NCBI GenBank assembly: GCA_951406725.2
Contig: OX597826.1
Location: forward strand, 52,824,001-52,888,000
Direction of reading: 5' to 3'
From: Octopus vulgaris
Lineage: Eukaryota
Length of the DNA: 64,000 nt
In this document: positions 10,863-24,018 of the stretch, piece by piece
Layout: each line of letters starts with the position of its first letter
Numbering within the stretch: the first letter of the stretch is position 1
Position numbers and translations under genes: made by a program
Notes under the pieces: generated by a model
Database searches by the model: none
Told to the model about the DNA's origin: nothing
What the model saw: the letters and a program-made list of their open reading frames with translations, nothing else

Positions 10863-12071
10863 TTGTAAATATTGTCTCCGTAAGTTCAAATTCTCGGCTT
10901 CAGCAACATCCTCTCTGTTTGTCGCGGCCAGAATTAAGTAGTAGTCACTGAGCTTATCAGAGTGTGTTGTTGCTGAATGACCGTTGGCAAACTATTTTGA
11001 ATATATAAATGTAGTGGGATGGTGATTCTGTTACTGTGAAAGTGGTTGCCAGGAATTAACATTTGATTTCTTTGTACTGTTGATTTGTTATTCATGATTG
11101 GTTACACATGCGATTGTTCCTAGCTGACCTTTATGATTCGGCATATACGTACACATACATGTTGGTTTACATATACATCCATATGCGTACTAAGGCTCGG
11201 ACACACACACATATATATATATATTTATATTCATATATATATGTTGATTGATAGCATAAAACCCGTTCCAGTACTTCATTGGTACTTCAACTTATGAACT
11301 CTTGAAAAGTTGAAAGGCAAATCTGTTGATACCAGAGGAAAATGAATTCGGTGTATAAAGATCCACAACAAATTCTTCAATGTATTTTCCGACGCTCCAA
11401 CGATTCTGCCAGTTGAGCATTCTCTGTAAGATAATTCAATAAACATTTATAACTTTGAAAGTATGGAAAATCGAAACGTACTTTATATATTACTGGTACT
11501 GCGTCTGTCAAAGTCAATCAGGCATAAAATGAAAGTGAGGCCCCTGCTGAATTTGACTTCTAATAGATGTAACCGATTAAAGTAAAGCATTCACTACCTA
11601 GCAGAATGAGATCACCTCTTGGATAAAAATAATAACCGATTTAATTGATATCACTAATTGATTGGTAAATTTTATCGATAAGAAATATTAAAAGGATGAA
11701 ACAAAATACTACAAAGCATTTTTATTTATTTATTTATTTACTTACATGCCATCTTTGATTAAGAAAATCAACATCTAACCACGCACACACACAAGGAAAA
11801 TAGAAATAGTGGTCACTCATTAACCAATGGTGTTTTTCTTTCTTTTAACTATGAAGGCTGTGCTACAGCACCTCCTTTATGATAAACTATACACATTTTC
11901 ACACTGAATAACTTTGCGTTTTATGCAGATCTCTCATTATTTCATAGTCAGTGCATTCGTACTCTCAAACGAGCAGCTCTTCCTGTTGCTTACTCTCTCC
12001 ATCTCTTTGTTCTTCCATACTGCTATCTATCTATCTATCTATCTATTTATCTGTCTGTCTATCTACCTGCT

Positions 12072-13205
12072 TGTCTGTCTAATTAAACTTCTTACAAACC
12101 CTTCCCTATCTCTTCGTATTCTCATACGTGTTGGTAAAGAATGTGTAGCCAGTTTGACTTGATCAAACAGAATAGGAGATAAGATATTATTTGCATGCAT
12201 ATATAACCTGCTTCTGACCTGTTTTGTTAGATATAATAGTCTATTTGCTGCACTAATCGGCTACAGATTCTGCCCACAATTGGTGGAAACGTAGAGCGAC
12301 CCTTCAAAATAGATATATAGATATGGATATAAAGGTTGATTGTCAAATGGCCAACGTTTTGATGAATATGTAATGATTGGTCAACAGCGGAAGAATTCAT
12401 CGGTTGGAGTGTGGGGGTACAGAAATCGGAAAGTTATTACTAGTGAATCTGTAAAATGCTGGGGAGGCCTTGGCTGGGAGCTTACATACAAGCAACGTGG
12501 CAACTTCCCAGTGTTCTGTTGACCGGGAATATCTACTTAAGGAGTGCTATGCTTCATCCAATACGTTGACGTTCTGATAAAAATAAAAAAAAACAGGATA
12601 GAAAGCTCCCACGCACTTTAACCTGGTTAGGATACCACGCTTAGTGGCTTCGCTATGTCTCTTGTAAAAGAAAAAGTAAACCCAAAATAAATTGAACACA
12701 GTTTTAGTTTCTTGAACATTAGATCGATGTCGGAGAGTACCAATTATCTAAATATTTTCTACCCACCAAAAGCACGAAAAAATTTAAAAAAAAAACAGAA
12801 CGAAAAAAGCAAACACTGTTTGAAGTAAATTCATTGAGCGTAGATTTGTTATAGTCTAGACACCATCGCTGCTGCTGCACTGTCAGTAACTTGCCAGGAC
12901 CCAGTTTGATTTTCAACCGATTGACTTCGACCGAAGCAGTACCAGTTAATTTTGTTTTTCCCCTAACAGATTATTGTTTTATCCGGGTGAGGATGCGAGA
13001 TTAGGAGAATCGTTGTAGTGTTGGAATAAATGCCGTACAGTATTTGTTCTGGATCTTTACGTTCTCGATGCAGATCTCACCAAGATGAACTTCAATTTTT
13101 ACCTTTCTGACGTCGATAAAGTAAAATAATAATATTGCACAGTAGAAGATTTAACCAATAAAGACTCCCATACCGCACCTTATGCATGCTCACACACGCG
13201 TACAA
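12072..13205 (+). repeat. Outer block (A), left arm of an old inverted duplication
   Basis: Reverse complement of ~32405-33446. Confidence 0.9.
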
Positions 13206-14231
13206 ATTGTGGGCTTGTACCTAAATTCGAAATTATCATTATTCATTCAATGGGGGGTGGAGTAGCAGATTGGGAAACCCTCAAACAGCATGTTCCTGTC
13301 CACTTTCTCGATAAAGTGTCTACGTAGTTAAATAGAGCTGCTTGATATAGGAGCCAAGAAGAATCAGGAGATCAAATCAATAGAATTTTTTAGCTGTCAG
13401 AGAGTTATGATGCAGTGTAGGGTGAAACTGATGTTAGCTTAGGCGTCGAAGATACTTATATAAGCAAAGGGATTTTGATTCCCGTTGCTATATCCGATTG
13501 ATAAAATGGAAATTATGTCTTGGATAACAAACGAATCATAAACATTCAATGTTAATGCACTTATAGTACAAATTATCAGAATAGGGGAGAGGAACTTTAT
13601 GATTCGCTTCTCGGATACGTTGACACATGTTCCAAAATCTCTTGAGCTGTTTAGACCCATAGCAGTGGAGCAGAGAAACGAAATGGTTTTCGAGGCGAAG
13701 GGCCAACAAAAACAAGATTTTGTACCTTAAAAATTCCCCCCTTTTGTGTGTGTATGTCTGTATGTATGTGTGTATGTATGTGTGTATGAATGTGTGTGTG
13801 CCTGTGTGTGTATGTGTGTGTTTGTGTGTGTGTGAGTGAGTGAGAGAGGGGGAGTGCGTGCAACATCCTCGATGTGACAGCTGCATACATACATATTTAT
13901 AGAAACGCATTCAGGCACATATATATTTGCATATACACACTAACCCTGGTGGGGGTATGGGGGTACAAATAGCCCGGAAGACAGACACAGACACACACAT
14001 ACACACACACTCATATGTATGTGTGTGTGTCTATGAGCCTGGATTTGTCCTTCCCACCACCGCTTGACAACCAGCGCCCGTGTTTATGGCCCCGTAACCT
14101 AGCGCTCCGGCAAAGGGGGAAAGAAAACAGGCTTCAAAAAAAAAAAATCGCCGTGTCGATTTGTTCGAATAAAACTCTTCAAGGCAGTGCCCCAGCGTGA
14201 CCGAAATATAATGAGTGAAGCAAGTAAATTC

Positions 14232-14275
<44 letters not shown>

Positions 14276-14439
14276 GTACACATGGCTTTAAGATTTCGCG
14301 AAAGACCTATCTGGAGGCCCAAGACTTCGAGTTCTTTTTCAGGGCTTAGAAAAACCGAAGGAGTGCTGGAATAAATGTTTGGATCTCAGAGGGGAATATG
14401 TTTAATAAAATTTATATATATATAAAATATATATATATG

Positions 14440-14534
<95 letters not shown>

Positions 14535-14537
<3 letters not shown>

Positions 14538-14715
14538 GAAATTTACAGAAAAACAAAAGACGAAGACAGGTGCACGAACAACAAGGAGGTGTATTAGTTT
14601 GATACTCAGGAAGATGAGAAAGTCTTTTAAGTTACGAGCCTATGGTCTTGAATAGAAAAGAACATGAACAAATAAACAGAGAGAGAATAAAGAAAGACTT
14701 GTGGATTTAATGGCC
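14535..14715 (-). mobile_element. PLE terminal-repeat fragment (same family as 53590-53760, 23625-23715 and 50413-50478)
   Basis: Shared aaaagacgaagac...gtgtattagttt...aggaag...gagaaagtctttt...cgagccta sequence, which abuts a PLE endonuclease at 53.6-54.9 kb. Confidence 0.6.
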
Positions 14716-14797
14716 AATCATATGTATATGTATATGTATATATATATATGTATATATATAAATATGTATATATATATATGTATATATATATACATGC

Positions 14798-14832
<35 letters not shown>

Positions 14833-14837
14833 CATGC

Positions 14838-14871
<34 letters not shown>

Positions 14872-14873
14872 CA

Positions 14874-15112
<239 letters not shown>

Positions 15113-15177
15113 GTATATATATATATATATACATGCATATATGTATATTCATGTTTATAAATATAAATATATATGAG

Positions 15178-15208
<31 letters not shown>

Positions 15209-15265
15209 TTATATTTATAAACATATATATATATGTATATATACATATATATATGCATATACATA

Positions 15266-15365
<100 letters not shown>

Positions 15366-15374
15366 TGTATGCTT

Positions 15375-16009
15375 GAATGTTGACGACATCAACTCTTCGG
15401 TGTCTGTAACCCGTCACATTTTACATTTTGGGATGATTTCAATGCAGGAATGAGAAGTAGAGTTTCCGAACGTGTGACCATCCATTAGGTAACGCTGGAA
15501 AGAAAGTTTCGACTGCAGTGCGATGTCCCGAGATGTTTTGCAGCTGGGGCCATCTGTAAATGAAACAATACTATTTGCTGCACTTTTACTGAGATATAGT
15601 GACCACAAAATAGAATTAAACTGAAGCAAGTGAAATGCTTGCCATAAGGGTGATGTCGATTTCTTTCGTTGCCGCTTGTTGTCCCGTCTGCCACCAGTTC
15701 ATAGCCGATTGCAAGTGTCGACTCAGAGATATATATAAGGCGGCGAACTGGCAGAAACGTTAGCGCGCCGGGCGAAATGCGTAGCCGTATTTCGTCTGTC
15801 GTTACGTTCTGAGTTCAAATTCCGCCGAGGTCGACTTTGCCTTTTATCCTCTCGGGGTCGATAAATAAAGTACCAGTTTCGCACTGGGTCGATGTAATCG
15901 ATTCAATCCCTTTGTCTGTCCTTGTTTGTCCCCTCTATGTTTAGCCCCTTGTGGGTAGTAAAGAAATAGATATATAGAGGGAAAGGAAGCAAAGGAGAGA
16001 ATGAAAGAG

Positions 16010-16047
<38 letters not shown>

Positions 16048-16147
16048 AAGTAGGGTAGTAGAATGTGAAAAACATGCGTGAGATAGAAAACAGAGAGAGG
16101 AGGGTGAGAGAGCGAGAGAGAGAGAGGTGAGAGGAGAGAAAGTGGAG

Positions 16148-16192
<45 letters not shown>

Positions 16193-16845
16193 GGTAAGGA
16201 CGATGCATTGCTGCGATCTGCAACTGTTGCTCCAGTTTTAGTTTAACTGCAGTACGAGCAGAAACTAAAGCTTACCATGCATGTATAAATAGTTGTTGAC
16301 GAGACACAACTGCATAAGTGAAAACTTGTTTGTGAAAATAGTCCTATGCCACATCACAGTTCAGTAAATGTTGCTTTCTTTCATATTATGCATAAAGAAT
16401 GTGTGTGTGTATGTGTGTATGTGTGTCTGTGTGTCTTTTATATGATATGCATAACAAACGAGTGTGTGTGTGTGGGCGTGTGTGCTTTTGTCTTTTTTTA
16501 TGCTATACGTAACAAATATGTGTGTGTGTCTGTCTATCCGTTTGATAATGGTTAAGTGGTCTAACAGTTAGACAACTTAGTTTACACCGTAAATTAATTT
16601 AAAATCAACTTTTGTTCTACAACATTCAGATTTAGGTATATTTCACACGCCCACACATATTCACACAAGCTTGCACAGACACATCCCCACACGCACATAC
16701 AATAAAAGAAGAAAGTTTTTCTGTCGGAAATCTTTTTTACGACTAACCTCTAAACCAGTGGTTTGTAATCTTTACTTTGCACCGCACCCTATAAGAAGTA
16801 TCTGATTAATTGTTGCCGCTTACTACAACTAATACCAGATTTGGG
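15375..16845 (+). repeat. Inner block (B), left arm of the old inverted duplication
   Basis: Reverse complement of ~24380-25430; interrupted by a SINE and (GA)n/(GT)n. Confidence 0.88.
15738..15968 (+). mobile_element. tRNA-derived SINE, family 1 (central ttcatcctttcggggtcgataaataagtaccag domain, Nin-like)
   Basis: A/B-box-like head (tggcagaaacg...gagttcaaattcc) and short agatatata duplication. Further copies at ~25443-25665(-), 27760-27950(-), 28772-29070(+), 33855-34030(+), 35025-35230(-), 40520-40715(+), 42908-43140(-), 46490-46680(-), 49608-49822(-), 50270-50410(+) and 56693-57070(+). Confidence 0.85.
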
Positions 16846-17222
16846 GAGAGAAAGAAAACCAACGGAGAGAGAAAAAAATGCACAGAATTTAACGGACTAG
16901 CTTGACAAGATGACCGGGGGAAAAAAAAGGGCTGAATAAAAGATATATATATATATATATATATATTAATAAATAAAACATATGCATATATATATACATA
17001 TATGTACGTACCTACCTCTACATGTATATATACACGCATATATGAGTACAGGACACCAAAAAACGTCGAACACAATGAGAAACGAAAACATAGACACAAA
17101 CACAAGGAACTGGACATTTTTCTTAACCTACAAAAAAATAGAGTACAGGACAAATAACACAAGGAAAACCCCTTCTTCAGTCGCCATAGTTTCATCTACT
17201 CTACGTTTCGAAGGTATGTATG

Positions 17223-17253
<31 letters not shown>

Positions 17254-17257
<4 letters not shown>

Positions 17258-17680
17258 ACCACTTCAGAACTTTGGGTCATTCTTTAATACCAGTTTCGTT
17301 TGTTTATGCACTCATCTAGACAAAATCAAAATCAAAATCCTTTAAAGAGAACGTTTCGCCATTCATTTATATGCTCTCTTTCTCTCTCTCACTTCTTCAA
17401 AAAAAAAAAAAATAAAATAAAAATAATATTCTCCTCATCTAAACAAAACAAAACAAAAATATCCGATACATATAAATGAAGAACGAACTCTCGATCCCTT
17501 TTACAAAAAAAAAAAAATCAAAACAATATTCTCCTCTTCTAAGCAGAACTAAAAGACATCCGATTCATATAAATGAACAACGAAACGGTCTGTTTTTACC
17601 ATTTTGTTTTTGATTTTGTCTTGACGAGTTCGTAAACGAATGGAAAAGTTAACAGAGGGTTATCCAAAATTCTTACTGTA
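17254..17680. mobile_element. Degenerate fold-back / MITE-like element
   Basis: ~17265-17372 pairs imperfectly with ~17566-17675; internal ~100-bp tandem duplication (aatattctcctc...atccgat.catataaatgaa x2). Confidence 0.5.
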
Positions 17681-17726
17681 TATATATATGTATATATGTA
17701 TATGTGTGTGTGTGTGTATGTGTGCA

Positions 17727-18595
17727 CGAGGTCTGATCAATAATTACCTGGACTGTTGCCATAGCAACAAGGCCACACCACGCAGAGTGAAGTTTCTTCG
17801 GACAGATTGACCTTGAACTCTCCTGTGCATGCGCACTAAGGTATAACGTTCTAGCTCACTTCCGCTGTTTACAGCAGTGCTTAGAAGGAAGGTCTGTAGC
17901 GTGTGATCCACGTGTTGACCATAACAGAGAAAGCTGTGATGGTGATACCGGCTCAGAGGCCAATACAAAGTTGCAAAATATGTATGGGGAGGAGTATATG
18001 AGCCGCACACAATTGTACGAGTGGTTCAGACGTTTCCAAGCTGGCCCCAAAAAATGTCGATATTGACGAATGTTCTAGAAGACCCGCAACCAGCAGAATT
18101 GAGAAAAACATCGCAGATGTACGTGCAGCTGTGAGGGGAAATCGTCGAATCACCATCCGTGAGTTATCAGAGGATGTTGCAGATTAGTCACGGTTCAGTT
18201 CAGTCCATCATCACTGAAGATTTGGGTATGACACAGTGAATGCTAAGTTTATTCGAAAACTGCTTTCAGCTAACCAAATAGACACTCAGTTTTCAGTTGT
18301 GCAAGTTGATTGGATCGAGAACGATGAAAACATTTTGAAAACACTGCATTGGCCATTGAGCAGGTATCGCCATGCTTTTGGCAAAATTTTATGCAGCTTC
18401 TCTGCTCAACTTTCTCTGTTATGGTTATGCGACAATCACAAGCTACACGCCTTCCTTCTAAGCACTGCTAGAACGTTAACACTTAGTGCGTATGTATAGC
18501 AGAGTTCAAGGTCAATATGTGCCAAGCGGCTTTACTCACCGTCCTTTAGCTTCATTACTATAGCAACAGTCCGGATAATTATTGGTCAGACCACG
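17727..18595 (+). mobile_element. Mariner derivative with long (~200 bp) inverted ends and a broken N-terminal transposase
   Basis: Ends CGAGGTCTGATCAATAATTA / TAATTATTGGTCAGACCACG-TA. Plus-strand fragments YGEEYMSRTQLYEWFRRF...RRITIRELSE...GSVQSIITEDLGM..VNAKFIRKLL. Confidence 0.8.
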
Positions 18596-18632
<37 letters not shown>

Positions 18633-18633
18633 T

Positions 18634-19903
18634 TAGGGGTTGGACAAAATTATGGAAACACGTTAAAATTTCCAACAAATTTATTCTAATATGGAGTAGG
18701 ACCACCTTTGGCAGTAATTACAGCTTGAATTCTATAAGGTATGGACTCATACAAAGTTTTAATTGTTTCCAAAGGAATTTTTTTATCCATTCTTCAGCTA
18801 AAACAGTTTCCATTTCTTGTAGTGATGATGGTGGTGGATATTGACTCCTTACAGGCTTTTCTAAAATGTGCCATAAATGTTCAATAATATTGAGATTTGG
18901 AGACTGTGGTGGTCAGATAAGATTTCAACTTCACTAGAATGTTCCTCGTGCCATTCAGTAACAACTTTAGCTGTGTACATTGGTGCATTATCGTCCGGAA
19001 AGATTGCATTTCCCTCCGGAAACAGTTCTGCAACCATAGGACGAATTTGATGAGATAAAATGCTTAAATAGTCTTGACTATTAATTCTTCCATGAAGGGA
19101 CACCATTGACACTGGCGGATTTCCAAGATATAGCCCCACCCAGATCATCACTGATCCTCCTCTATGTTTAACAGTTTGAAGAAGGTAGTCTGGGTCAAGT
19201 GCTCTTTTAGCTGTCCTCACACGTATACTCGGCCAGTGGTCGGACATAATGTAAAGGATTACTCATCCGAGAAAATAACGTTCTTCCACTGCTCTAGAGA
19301 CCAATTCTGCAGGTTTTTACTCCACTCTAAATGCTTTCCAACGTTTGATTTTGAAAGTAGTGGTTTTCTGATTGCAACCCTCCTGTGAAATCCAACTTTG
19401 TGCACCTCCCGGCGAACAGTTTTTGAGGAAACTGGGTTCTCGAGGTGGTCATTAAGTTCTGCAGCAATTTTGGGAGCTGTACTTTTGTGATCCTTTCTAA
19501 CAATTCGCGTAAGAGTCCGACGTGCCCTATCTGAAAGTTTGGGTTTTCTTCTAGAGTTTTGTTTCGACGAGGTTTTCTCCTCTTTCTCAAAGGCTGTCAT
19601 TACTTTCAAAACAGTACTTCTTGATGCACCAAACATTTCGACTGTTTTCTTTACGCTAGCGCCTGCCATACGAACACCAACAATTTGACCACTTTGAATG
19701 TCCTATAGATCTGTCATTTTAATGAATTCTAATTACCTTTTTCTAATGATATCTGAAAAGAAACAGCAATTTTAGCAAAACATATTGAGCTCACTAATAA
19801 TAAATCAAAAACATAAAAATAAACAAGCTTTTGACGGTTTTATAGATATTTCAAAATTATGATGCTATGATACTTGGTATTTCCATTTTTTTGTCAACCC
19901 CTG
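18634..19903 (-). mobile_element. Near full-length Tc1-like transposon with frameshifted transposase
   Basis: TIRs (T/C)AGGGGTTG(G)ACAAAA. Minus ORFs 19259-19669 (RKPLL...WKNVIFSDE) and 18861-19247 (TVKH.GGSVMIW...DDNAP), followed by a SPNLNIIE-like motif. Confidence 0.92.
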
Positions 19904-19904
19904 T

Positions 19905-20047
<143 letters not shown>

Positions 20048-20092
20048 TGTGTCTGTGTCTGTGCGTGCGCGCGTGAGTGTGTATGTATGTAT

Positions 20093-20385
20093 ATATTACT
20101 TATTTAAAGGACACAATACATGTCTGAAAGAGCTATTAATAGATTCATAGTCTTTTACTCTTTTACTTGTTTCAGTCATTTGACTGCGGCCATGCTGGAG
20201 CTCTACCTTTAGACGAATGAATCGATCCGAGGACTTGTGCTTTGTAAGCCTAGTACTTATTGTATTGGTCCCTTTTTGCCGAAGTGCTAAGTGACAAGGA
20301 CGTAAATGCACCAACATCGGTTGTCAAGCGATGGCGTGGGAGAAACACAGACACAAGTAACAAACACATACATCTATACACACAT

Positions 20386-20426
<41 letters not shown>

Positions 20427-20735
20427 CGACGGGCTTTTTTCAGTTTCCTCACATTGCTTTGGTCGGCTCGAGGCTATTAGTAGAAAAATTTGCCCAAGTT
20501 GCCACTCAGTGGAACTGAACCCGCAACTGGCTGGGAAGCAAGCTTCTTACCACACATCCACTCCGACGCCTATGTTGAGAAATATCTCAAACATATTCAT
20601 CAGGCACAAGCCACATATCATAATGATGTATGATATGTAGTTTGTGCCTGATGAATATATTTGAGATAATTCTCAACATATGAAACGGTAAGTAGCACTT
20701 AAAGGCATGTATTGTGTCCTTTAAATAAATAATAT
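20093..20735. mobile_element. Short fold-back element with a hammerhead motif; left arm split by a SINE
   Basis: 20093-20124 pairs with 20704-20735 and 20571-20622 with 20629-20681; family-2 SINE (~20150-20570, -) lies inside the left arm. Confidence 0.7.
20644..20698 (+). ncRNA. Type I hammerhead ribozyme motif
   Basis: gtgc-CTGATGA-[atat.ttgaga taat tctcaa.atat]-GAAA-c-ggtaa-g-TA-gcac. Confidence 0.7.
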
Positions 20736-21359
20736 TTATCTCCTACCAGATGGAGTAGTTTTTCTTTTTTTGTTGTTGAATTGGATCTAGTATGTTTCAG
20801 TCACCAAATCTGCATTTTTTAAAAGGAAGTAAAAAATCTGAAAATTGGATATATTGATGCAGTTTTATAAGCTTATTCCTGTTAATCCATGAACTTGTGG
20901 AAAAATAATTTGATGAAAATGTTACAGACGCTGAAAAATCGAAAAAATAATCTTTGTATTTTAGCCAATAATGAGACAGGAACGTTCTGTGTTGTAGCGG
21001 TGTCAACGTATCGGTTTCAGCTTTAAGGTTGTACCCTGTGAAATCTATAGTTTAGCGTATGTGAAATGACCTCTTCATCGTAGGTTTCTAAATAAAGATA
21101 AATAACTAATAAAGCCAACATGTATTATCTTACTGTTTCTTTTGTCTCTTCATTGTTTTCTATAGTGTTTTATATGATTTTATGATTTTTTAAATTTGTT
21201 ATGTTAATATATTTGTCTGTATGTGTTTGCTTTACGTTAGTTTTTACAGTTGTACTTTATGAAGCAATTGATTTCTACACACGGAGTCAATATGGGTTGC
21301 GTATTTCAGTATTATGTATACCTGTCATGTATTTGTGTACATCATTAATATATATGTGC

Positions 21360-21515
21360 AGGTGGAATACCCTTCCTTGGAAGAGATAAGTACTGCTATC
21401 AAAAAACTTTCCAATGGTAAAGCTCTTCAACAAGACGATGTTCCTTTAGAGATGGACAAGCTTGGTAGCAGACAACTGTGCAAATTGATCTATCTGATGT
21501 GGGAAACTGGATCTG
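21360..21515 (+). mobile_element. LINE ORF2 fragment (start of the RT region)
   Basis: PSLEEISTAIKKLSNGKA..QDDVPLE...LIYLMWETGSV resembles the conserved EEV..AI..L..GKAPG.D.I..E motif. Confidence 0.65.
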
Positions 21516-21519
21516 TCGG

Positions 21520-23385
21520 CTTCAGTGTTGTTGTTGAGCGTATTCGGGCTTGTGTTAGGAGACTTTTCATAGATTTGGGTTGTCTCTTGCTTTTTATGAT
21601 GGTGGGCGTTTGGAGAATTAAATTCATTCTGAGGTCCCTTTTAATAGGGAAATGTTTTGGAGGATGGTGTCGAAGGCTTCATTGTTAAGAGGGTTTTGTG
21701 CGGAGATGTATGGTAGGGCTTTTGGTTGTAAATCTTTCTTTAATTTGGGATATCTGAGTTCGTGGATGTTGAGTTGTAGGGCACGTTAAAAGCATATGTC
21801 AATTAGTGATGGTGGGTAGTTACTGGTGATGGGTATATCCTTTAGTTCAGGTAGTCGTGTGTCCCTGGTGCCTGTATTAAAAACTATAGTACAAATCCTT
21901 TTTGCTAGATTGACAGGGATATTCATTCTAGTGTGTCTTGGGCGGCATGAGTTGAACGGTAGATATTGCTTGGAATCCATGGGATTATAGTATTCGGTTG
22001 GCAAACTAAGTTCCCGCCGTTTTTTAAAAATTTAAATGTTTTAAAAGGTTTGATAAAGAAATAACAACTAATTAATCAATAATGTATTCACCTTTGTTGT
22101 TTACGAATTCTTCCCAACGTTCAAGAAGATTTTCAAAACCTTGTTGGTAGAAATCACCCGATTTCGACTCGAAAAATTGATCCAGCCAAGCTCTCAATTC
22201 TGCATCAGTATTGAACGAAACTCCGTGCATAACATTTGAAAGAGATCGAAAGAGGTGGAAATCCGTTGGTGCCAAATCAGGAGAGTACGGCGCGTGTGGC
22301 AGCACTTCCCAGTCATGTATTTGAATGGCTTCCTTGGTCATATTGGTGATATGAGGGCGGGAGTTGTCGTGCAGCAGAACTCCATGCTGCCAATTAGGTC
22401 TTTTCTCTTGAATAGCCGTGTTGAGTCTTTCCATCTGTTGAACATAGGGCTCCACGTTGAACATTTAGTTCCGTTCAAGCAATTCGTAATAGATAATCCC
22501 TTCCCAGTCCCACCATATGCACAACATCGTTTTACGCGGATGAAGATCTTGCTTCACGCGCGGTATCGCGTGTTTACCAGCGCTAACCCATTCCTTATGC
22601 TGCTTCATATTGTTGTACAGGTACCATTTTTCGTCGCCAGTAACGATTCGTTAAAGAAATTGTTGCTTGTGTCCATGTGTTGAGCGGTGGCGAGCAAGCA
22701 AACCAGCGGATATTGTGGCTCGTTGATTTTTGTTGTTGTCAATTAAGTATGCGGAACCCATGCTCTATGCTTCTGAACCTTTCCCATCGAGTGAAGATGC
22801 TTCTCTATAGCAGTGTGCAAGAATTCCATTTTCTCTGGTAGTTCCCTTGCCGTTTGACGAGAATTTTCATGCAAAAGTTGGTTCAATCGCCCTTCATCGA
22901 ACTCAACTGGACGGCCAGAACGAGATGCGTTTTTGAGGTCCAAATTTCCATTTTTGAACTTGGCATACCAATCACGAGCAGTTTTTTCAGCTATGGTACC
23001 CTCTCCATACACAGCACAAATGTCGCGAGCAGCTTTTGCGGCCTTAGAATTTTGATTAAAAGCAAAAGAAGGAGGTGTCGAAAATGCTCGTTTTTCTTAA
23101 CTTGACATTCCTTTTTAATGACCTGAAAATAAACAAAAATTAACTAAAATTAACTAGAAAAACAAAACAAAACAAAATAGATTCCAAAATGATTCAAAAA
23201 TAGAATTCTCGTAAAGAAAAACAGATTCCAAAATTTAAAAACGCAATAAATTCCAAAATTTACAGAAAAACGGCGGTAACTTAGTTGCCAACCTAATATA
23301 TACCTGTTTCTATTTCGTTGTGAGATTTCTTAATGAGGATGTCGATGAAAGGAAGTTGTCGATGGCTATATTCCATCGTGAATTG

Positions 23386-23392
<7 letters not shown>
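21520..23392 (-). mobile_element. Penelope-like RT-end/linker fragment interrupted by a mariner
   Basis: Removing 21993-23296 joins IQFTMEYSHRQLPFIDILI...IETGI to YYNPMDSKQYLPFNSCRPRHTRMNIP.NLAKRICTI, typical of the PLE RT thumb/linker. Confidence 0.8.
21993..23296 (-). mobile_element. Near full-length mariner (DD34D) transposon, degenerate
   Basis: TIRs TT(C/A)GGTTGGCAA(A)CTAAGTT with TA on both sides; motifs WVPH, TGDEKW, HDNSRPH and YSPDLAPTD on the minus strand. Confidence 0.93.
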
Positions 23393-23427
<35 letters not shown>

Positions 23428-23715
23428 GACAGGCTTCTTTTAGTTTCCGTCTACAAGATCCACTCTCAAGGCTTTGGTTGGCATGAGGCTATAATAGAAG
23501 ACACTAGCCCAACGTAACACACACTGGGACACAGCCCAGAACAGTGTTGTTTGGAAGCAAGCTTCTTACCACACAGCGTCACCTGTGCCTATATATTTAT
23601 TTATCATTCAACCGTTTTTTTTTTATTAATCCTTTCTATCGAAGAGCGTAGGCTCGAAGAGTACAAGACTTTTCAATTCTTTCCGAGTGTTAAACTAATA
23701 CACCTGCTTGCTTGT

Positions 23716-23953
23716 TGTGGCTGTGTGGTAAGTAGCTTGCTTACCAACCACATGGTTCTGGGTTCAGGCCCACTGCATGGTACCTTGGGCAAGTGTCTTC
23801 TACTAAAGCCTCGGGCCGACCAAAGCCTTGTGAGTGGATTTGGTAGACGGAAACTGAAAGAAGCCCGTCGTATATATGTATATATACATGTGTATATATA
23901 TACATACATACATACATACACACACATATATATATATATATACATACATACAT

Positions 23954-23984
<31 letters not shown>

Positions 23985-23985
23985 C

Positions 23986-24018
<33 letters not shown>

